Below, piece after piece: positions 27,801 to 30,427 of a stretch of DNA of 30,427 nucleotides (its first letter is position 1; the number at the start of each line of letters is the position of its first letter). A model generated the notes under the pieces. The model was not told the DNA's origin, searched no databases, and worked only from the letters and a program-made list of their open reading frames with translations. The translations under genes were made by a program, and so were the position numbers. This DNA comes from a virus (lineage: Duplodnaviria; Caudoviricetes), in IMG/VR virus record IMGVR_UViG_3300042945_000250, positions 1-30,427 of that record, one strand, 5' to 3'.

Positions 27801-29126
27801 GTTAAGTGGATCAAGTGTGTCTAGGGCTCTTGCAAAACCGATAACTGTTGACTTTAAGTTTCCAGCATTTGCATCTACAATTCCCTTAATGTTAATGCCA
27901 AACCCTGCAAGCATTTCACTTACTTTTTTAGATGGATTAATTAAGGAAGCAAGACCAGACTTAAGTGCGTTAGCACCTTCTGATGCGTTGATTCCACCTT
28001 CCTTCATTGCAGTCATAAAGAATGCAAGGTCTTCTACAGATCCACCAAGTTGCTTTACAACTGGACCAGCCTTTGGAATTGCTGTAGTTAAATCTTCAAT
28101 GGATAATACTGTTTGGTTTTCTACTGCGTTAAGAAAGTTGATCTTTTGTGCAAGTTGCTCTGAAGATATTCCAAATGCATTCTGTAGAGAGATGGTAGTT
28201 TCAAGTGCCTGTTGCTGTTCTACTTGTCCAAGAACCGCTAGTTTTGTTGCTGCTGTTACCTGTGCAGTTAATGCATTTCCTGTAAGACCCATTGCTGCTG
28301 CATCTGCAGCCATAGTCATTGTATCTACAACAGCAATACCATACTTTGTAAATTCTTTTGCTAATGTCTGAATTTGTTTTACTGCTTCATCAGTTTGCCC
28401 CATACTAGTAGACATGTCGCCATAAACTCTAGTAAACTTAATTACAGCCTTTTCCATTTCCATAAATGCCTTGGATGCATAAGATCCAAGCATTGTTAGA
28501 GGAACTGTCAAACCAACCATCAACTGACGGCCAGCCCACTGAGTATTCTTACCAAAGTTTAGAAGTTGTGTTGAGCCCTGCTTAAGTAACTGATTCAGGA
28601 ACTGCTGTCTTTGTGCAGCCATCTGCACTCTTGTTGCGTAGTCGGTATACTGACCATTTACCATTTGAAGGTGTTTTGGAACTACCTGCAAAACCTTTAC
28701 TAAATCTCCATTGGCATTGGTTAATTGAACATACTGCGTTTGTAAAGCCTTTACTCTGTCTTTACGAGCACGATTGATAATGTCTCTTTCTTGTGCAAAG
28801 ACACCCTTTAGAGTTTTTGTATTTGCAGTGGCTGCTGCTGCTGTGAACCTGAAATACTCTCGCATTGAGAGTTTATTCTTCTCAAGCGCTTCTGTAAATG
28901 CTCCAGTGCTGGAAGAAACAGTTCTTTGGCTTGCAACAAACTTTCCAGTAGCATTGATAGACTGGATCAGTTGTTGGTTTAGGCCCTTTTGGGCCTCCAT
29001 AGCAGCAACATTGCCCTGCGTTAAGGCTTGATTAAATCGGCTAAGGCCTGCCTGTAAATTGCGTAGATTTGCTAACGCTTCTTGCGTATTTAAATTTACG
29101 TCAATATTTGCATTTACATCAGCCAA
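18864..29126 (-). CDS. Tape measure protein (TP901-family core), 3420 aa
   Basis: Ala/Gln/Lys-rich helical sequence with a TP901-like core (AAMG...ATKLAVLG...GINASEGANALKS...MFG), two hydrophobic segments, an SPS..G..GIVEG motif and a C-terminal ASGG..DTVPALLSPGEFV motif. It lies directly after the chaperones, with a TTG start and a GAGGG RBS. Confidence 0.95.
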   Translation of the reverse strand: MADVNANIDVNLNTQEALANLRNLQAGLSRFNQALTQGNVAAMEAQKGLNQQLIQSINATGKFVASQRTVSSSTGAFTEALEKNKLSMREYFRFTAAAATANTKTLKGVFAQERDIINRARKDRVKALQTQYVQLTNANGDLVKVLQVVPKHLQMVNGQYTDYATRVQMAAQRQQFLNQLLKQGSTQLLNFGKNTQWAGRQLMVGLTVPLTMLGSYASKAFMEMEKAVIKFTRVYGDMSTSMGQTDEAVKQIQTLAKEFTKYGIAVVDTMTMAADAAAMGLTGNALTAQVTAATKLAVLGQVEQQQALETTISLQNAFGISSEQLAQKINFLNAVENQTVLSIEDLTTAIPKAGPVVKQLGGSVEDLAFFMTAMKEGGINASEGANALKSGLASLINPSKKVSEMLAGFGINIKGIVDANAGNLKSTVIGFARALDTLDPLNRARAIEQMFGKFQFARLSTLFQNITKDSSQAARALGLASASVEELAILSERELGKVEDAVGTKFKKSLEDLKLQLVPVGKAFLQAVTPIVKFASTILEKFNNLGDGTKKVITTIVGVLGLVAPAALMTFGLVANGVANLIKLFAMMRNGIAKLNGQNNILGGGFDYLTQQETENLAQSNALHLTHKDLIDTFNVESAAVNSLAAAYTNAASQARTLASSAPGLFNTVPGPAGAVSGLPKVKKYAEGIVSVPGTGNKDTVPAMLTPGEAVVPAGIAQSPEGKAMLSALMGDNVRKYNEGTLGVNTKQTAAELVRLNREDFVAAVSAMGPNPKSQAAIAKELTEELTKAAERVGPEFADRLKAAIAEGLAELETVTAKAIENLTKQTDSVTQRPFREQYHAASATRFEDENYVFAHGAAPHEQISDPAELGRLGRQSQRVAPDGTRKDTSLSTAFADAAEHGGRAYGLSSFGFMTPERANKRDTDGNFEMPRDEMAALFNGPDAGKTLAPIYQEWARIQGTTLEEALKDPEAFARLQQSMDSYGGILAEEISNLPENFGEEEFYGAVARANERIDAADATLRQAVDNLLKTTTYAVFSPNDGRNGQGNRIAVPKKSDVPLRQELGLQDEVQVDGKSVKSLQGTYQKQNMANLTVGSTIDQARADGAALGAAVIDGLRGPDGTDASSPSEKGRKAGKEVADGIVEGMRDGEAGVRAQSSRLGDAAVPTAAETQAKVDKMDLPNKAFYDDLNTPEFLEQRQILKSQDRQRRKRGATATVDSMSDTPAASQATSLIISSSTRTADAADQLAVKTEEAVTAQSQVVTQIKDESKSRIKIKGNTINIGKAREDADKAENEAAITRARAAAIEKEQAKQKRENSPTTITDEQVKAAREKANEAELRYAEARQKWAEAEIANAEQESSQDPVKAATDVKKEQELVSNGTQEQGDGLRRIVEGTNDTADSTTLVADKTDELVDATSETVDAQTTHADNVVTSSELANATSSNLENVVNATQQTGISQEEIANSSEEISATNDKISKEKREALRLEEEANRKKRAELGQPPLNGPVPPGSQAGNKVPSTYVDLDTALAEAYGTDTTQGFTQNKKGQIVLDPETGQPTTLSEKQILKKKRGMRREKASKFSGKAAGALGMATMVAGAVGAPPAVTGALGTAAGVAQMAPMLAGMGPIGWAVAAITAVGVGLYALNKKLQASYAAQAKFVRETSASTQKMKEIGMITGKVGSSELMARKRAEGTTRDYIVRERKGSDFGDTFMQSDIGKKMGKTLQDNIKKSGAKEAAQVFATELAAYVQDGVLSAEQAQSIAYQIGVNFKDTSLGIKVDASLAALIGPNGEDLTKDPLIVAMRLNTSAQAKSEKYLADMENAKYNGLSGAVEAAGLAAADAVAVQTAQMQADAIARKYDDEIRTLQAQIAQTTNKKEQIKLEGQLTTLKEKALDSEFQMNNLVANATDNAMKRFNENIQYQNTWMDGLTLGAYKLFGGGNQREAAYMQSLSGAVTDKYANTEQATQAQTVQDRLAKYSDGGAFLGLGKDNYTEAGFKSGKEAQSFEVKMKLLMANGTLTPNQETAMLDLFEGKLPALETVLNIGTRMHGAGATAEFMMLLTNFQDKEYAQEIALEVTTQDNESFKKLSDLFGLASWLDGKEINMEVVVKEMGGVSGMQYYIDRLDELEGKIKGLKGGEVTLDVVTQFTNDTNVKVDQGFLDYINKEFKGDAKKQSDAIRTYTMVYNQIMSMDYTSPEARDYFRSQAESLAVDKLNALRKAGNAPKDINTYIKQQTELEIDALITKVKVDPTAVASAKTQIAIGTTPVIDSKTKPFNDGPGKGEKDNPFAFLDSLAMRIKMVRDQAFNAKKPIESMLAAFRSKDAQKDVANMFKLFGGLQQRLIALKAPKEFRDMIAGLSAEDLEKLKSADADPTKKGNQSMFTYETKKVKGKTVVDKSRIAGFSEAGKAFMAAYNEAPLDDFNIAQAEAIQNTNNQYKAFAMLKAQGVDTSKALDLVSNTALAAAFSSGLIAKTDLKKYIADLKTANDALQKQAVINDLLAKNAAMEFAAGTMPKLASALKVAGYSVEQIATVLEDPNLAKELMDDLADGKIDSKAISDYLNNIKGQKIVEIKGKFNAGDFAAAAAPGMELVNRMFAVQEQLIRTGVDARSTAMVKRLKDNKAANEKAQLDIQNITFNQIRPIQKTIEDMQRKMELEIIRVIEAYQEEISDMQRVIELAFERPIQKINEQNAQLTHDLDVMNHAAEQINKSYDDQATALSKVAEVNAQIVNQQKQQLGLADALSQGDIAAAARAAQEMRASQADTNAENASKALEQSRQNELNSLRGEKSGLTRDEILEKQYQNAQKIYELENTATTKVGNEMLTRLQLLDRIQAKQDAIYNLEEKREAAQIAIRAKEDEIYNINKKQIEPLQDGIDARNNQIANDEYAMQQLVDSIKVQGQTRDHWDAVAAKIEASSVAAQDFDNLMGSMLASVQKIEDGWDKINKTIGLNASTVTDGAKSVKDTMIKQAAENEKFAQEKKDAADKARAEALKAYEKEKAEYDADLAQLKINQNGGYTVAAYTQAAFNKKWSKGAPVAPVTEPTTAADNPNVSYNDPSKNSADQYIKDNLKSVKPSKSDGSGVNTSGGGSGGGSGGGGDKKDDKTVLDPTVASNFPVWKAATYNKNSKAPVLADYNKKYGITYGASYYANDMQAWGKATGTKSNVAFTPKTYAPGAQNFPVIQDYAKYGTEALSNYNTDYANWKAASMPTKPGQQITAAKPPANAGEDSKNYNMKKPLGSYQNPWKLIPNKTLSKEERKTAMLVIDKEDSLKDPNDYVTNGVLNKLGLARIGMEMNISYDKKDDGTHVRYGNYIYKLMGGRLNKLASGGMVTQKIPSFGTDTVPALLSPGEFVMSRYAVNAHGAENMRAINNGTAIGESVYNYNLSVNVKSDANPDDIARVVMAQIRGIDSQRVRGNRL
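19831..19866 (-). repeat. Coding low-complexity repeat GGGSGGGSGGGG (flexible linker in the TMP)
   Basis: ccaccaccacctgatccaccacctgagccaccacct on the + strand. Confidence 0.8.
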
Positions 29127-29153
29127 TCATCACACCCTCTTTACTTTTTATTT

Positions 29154-29471
29154 TTAAATATTTAACAAAGATGTTGTTTCGCCAAGTTGGATTCCTGACG
29201 CTGCATCAATGATTTCATAGACCGTTGGAAGGTCGATGTTGTCTTCAATCTTTTCTCTGTCTTCTGCAAGTTCTGGACTATACTGCTTAAGTGCAATCTG
29301 CACACAGTCTAAAAGAACATCCATAGACTTCTCATTATCTTCTGCTACACCTGTCAACTCTGAGAACTTCTTCATAAATGGTTTTAGAAGTGAGATCTTC
29401 AGTGGTTGAACTGTTAGTTCTGTTCCGTCAATTAAGGCGACCTTTTTCTTGTCTTTTGCCTTTTCTGCCAT
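29154..29471 (-). CDS. Tail assembly chaperone, short (gpG-like) form
   Basis: 105-aa acidic helical protein between the major tail gene and the TMP, with a perfect AGGAGG RBS (29479-29484). It is paralogous to the N-terminal half of 29523..30206. Confidence 0.8.
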   Translation of the reverse strand: MAEKAKDKKKVALIDGTELTVQPLKISLLKPFMKKFSELTGVAEDNEKSMDVLLDCVQIALKQYSPELAEDREKIEDNIDLPTVYEIIDAASGIQLGETTSLLNI

Positions 29472-29498
29472 TGTAATGCCTCCTATGTTAGTAAAATA

Positions 29499-29507
29499 AT
29501 TATACCA
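29499..29507 (-). promoter_or_regulatory. Extended -10 promoter TGGTATAAT for the short chaperone and TMP
   Basis: Perfect TGnTATAAT in the 51-nt intergenic gap, followed by a short AT-rich leader and AGGAGG. Confidence 0.7.
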
Positions 29508-29522
29508 TAATCAGGCCTATTT

Positions 29523-30206
29523 TTAATCAACTCTTTCGTATTGTAGGCCCATACCAATACCAAAACCAGCCTTTTGAGCATTAGTTCCTTGATATGCAAG
29601 TATATCATTTGGATCGCCAGATGCGCCACCACTAAATACCCTTGCTTTCATTTCTTCCCAAGCATTGCTCTTCTTTGTATTTTTATCTAAATCAACGCCT
29701 TGCATTGCTGCTAAGAATTTCTTATTTGAGTAGTCTGCTTCACGGCTTACCTCTAGAGTTTTCATTAGTTCTGCCATAGATAAAGATCTCTCTAGTTCTT
29801 CATAGTCTTTCCATATTCCCAGCAAAAATACTTCTGCCTCTAACTGTGCAAGATCTAGGTCTTCCCAGGCGTTTCCACCTTTAACCGCTTGCTTCTTAAC
29901 TGTATCATCTGATTGCTCATTTATCTTAATACCTGCAGCAATATCTAATATTTCATAGACCATATGTATGTCTACATAGTTTTCAAAAACTTCTGGACTT
30001 ACTGCGATTTCTGGACAAAACTGCTTCATTGCAAATCTAGCACATTCTGTCAGGTGAGTAATTGCCTCAATGTCATCTTGAGAGTTTCTAACATTATCAA
30101 AATAATTCATAATCATTCTAAGATATTTAATTTTTGATGGCGACAACTCTAGTTCTCTATCATCAACTAGGATCATATTTTTTGTTTTATAAACTTCTGT
30201 GGCCAT
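29523..30206 (-). CDS. Tail assembly chaperone, long (gpGT-like) form encoded as one continuous ORF
   Basis: The N-terminal ~97 aa align with the 105-aa neighbour. The C-terminal WEDLDLAQLEAEVFLLGIWKDYEELERSLSMAEL resembles the gpT extension. It lies directly after the major tail gene. Confidence 0.8.
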   Translation of the reverse strand: MATEVYKTKNMILVDDRELELSPSKIKYLRMIMNYFDNVRNSQDDIEAITHLTECARFAMKQFCPEIAVSPEVFENYVDIHMVYEILDIAAGIKINEQSDDTVKKQAVKGGNAWEDLDLAQLEAEVFLLGIWKDYEELERSLSMAELMKTLEVSREADYSNKKFLAAMQGVDLDKNTKKSNAWEEMKARVFSGGASGDPNDILAYQGTNAQKAGFGIGMGLQYERVD

Positions 30207-30212
30207 TATATA

Positions 30213-30221
30213 AGTATACCA
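30213..30221 (-). promoter_or_regulatory. Extended -10 promoter TGGTATACT, leaderless geometry
   Basis: Abuts the terminator U-tract and lies 6 nt (TATATA) before the ATG at 30206. No SD sequence. Confidence 0.7.
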
Positions 30222-30250
30222 AAAGAAAAACCCAACCCCGAAGGGTTGGG
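30221..30250 (-). terminator. Rho-independent terminator after the major tail gene
   Basis: The minus strand reads CCCAACCC-TTCG-GGGTTGGG-TTTTTCTTTT: a perfect 8-bp stem, a C(UUCG)G tetraloop and a U-tract. Confidence 0.92.
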
Positions 30251-30269
30251 CTTCTCATATTAAGTTGTA

Positions 30270-30425
30270 TTATGCTGGGATAGTGCGGTCTACGATCTTG
30301 CCGTATGACGCATCATCATTTGGAAGAAGACGGAATGATACTTCGAACATTGTCGCTTCGTCACGCTTTGCTGATACTGAAACATTCTCGATTGAGAGTG
30401 CACGGTATGCAACATAAATGCGTTC
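30270..30425 (-). CDS. Major tail (tube) protein, C-terminal fragment truncated by the window edge
   Basis: Manual translation: ...ERIYVAYRALSIENVSVSAKRDEATMFEVSFRLLPNDDASYGKIVDRTIPA*. The sequence is beta-rich like a tube-protein end and is followed by the terminator, chaperones and TMP. Confidence 0.8.
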   Translation of the reverse strand, partial: ERIYVAYRALSIENVSVSAKRDEATMFEVSFRLLPNDDASYGKIVDRTIPA

Positions 30426-30427
30426 CA

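Noticed and set aside
28643-28651. Plus-strand CGGTATACT inside the TMP gene as an antisense promoter
   Set aside because: It is a single copy with no credible downstream gene. The GTATAC core is palindromic and one chance hit is expected.
21048-29031. Many plus-strand ORFs (60-213 aa) opposite the TMP, and others opposite dnaE, dnaB, the primase and the Cas4-like gene
   Set aside because: They are antisense shadows of long coding frames. They have Ser/Ala/Phe-rich composition, mostly non-ATG starts, no RBS and no motifs.
29127-29160. Frameshift or readthrough from the short chaperone into a T extension or the TMP (TTTAAAA at its stop)
   Set aside because: The heptamer is out of phase and includes the stop codon. 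Frame 0 hits a second TAA and both shifted frames stop within about 12 codons.
29871-29877. T GGA AAC at the G/T junction of the long chaperone, one base away from a G GGA AAC slippery heptamer
   Set aside because: It is not a valid XXXYYYZ site, and the T-like extension is already in frame 0. A -1 shift would give only a short unrelated tail. It could be a relic, but I cannot support that.
1-30427. Alternative genetic code, tRNA/ncRNA genes, diversity-generating retroelement or invertible tail-fibre cassette
   Set aside because: Standard code 11 gives near-complete coding density, with TAA, TAG and TGA all used as stops. No gap is large enough for an RNA gene, and I saw no reverse transcriptase, invertase or long near-identical repeats.

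Overview
This is a 30.4-kb, AT-rich (roughly 35-40% GC by eye) fragment of a large tailed dsDNA phage with a non-contractile, siphovirus-type tail. Every credible gene lies on the minus strand. Read in the direction of transcription (right to left), the tail module comes first: the end of the major tail protein, an intrinsic terminator, two paralogous tail-assembly chaperones, a 3420-aa tape measure protein and five to six tail-tip genes. A replication/recombination module follows without a break: Zn-ribbon and HTH proteins, a GT2 glycosyltransferase, DnaB helicase, primase, SSB, DnaE polymerase, a MazG-like enzyme, RecA, a Holliday-junction resolvase and a Cas4-like exonuclease. Gene content and order resemble large DnaE-encoding actinobacterial siphoviruses, and the low GC would fit a low-GC freshwater actinobacterial host (inference only). 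Five points stand out: (1) the usual G/GT chaperone frameshift appears to be replaced by a gene duplication, giving a hard-fused GT gene and a separate G gene, each with its own promoter; (2) a manual scan found no AGCT, GTAC, CCGG or CGCG anywhere in the window; (3) a recurring GGTATA(A/C)T promoter drives several apparently leaderless genes; (4) the giant, modular TMP has a duplicated DTVPA motif bracketing possible cargo regions; (5) a glycosyltransferase is slotted in just before the helicase. No tRNA, rRNA, CRISPR array, intein or IS element was seen. All calls come from motif recognition, not database searches.
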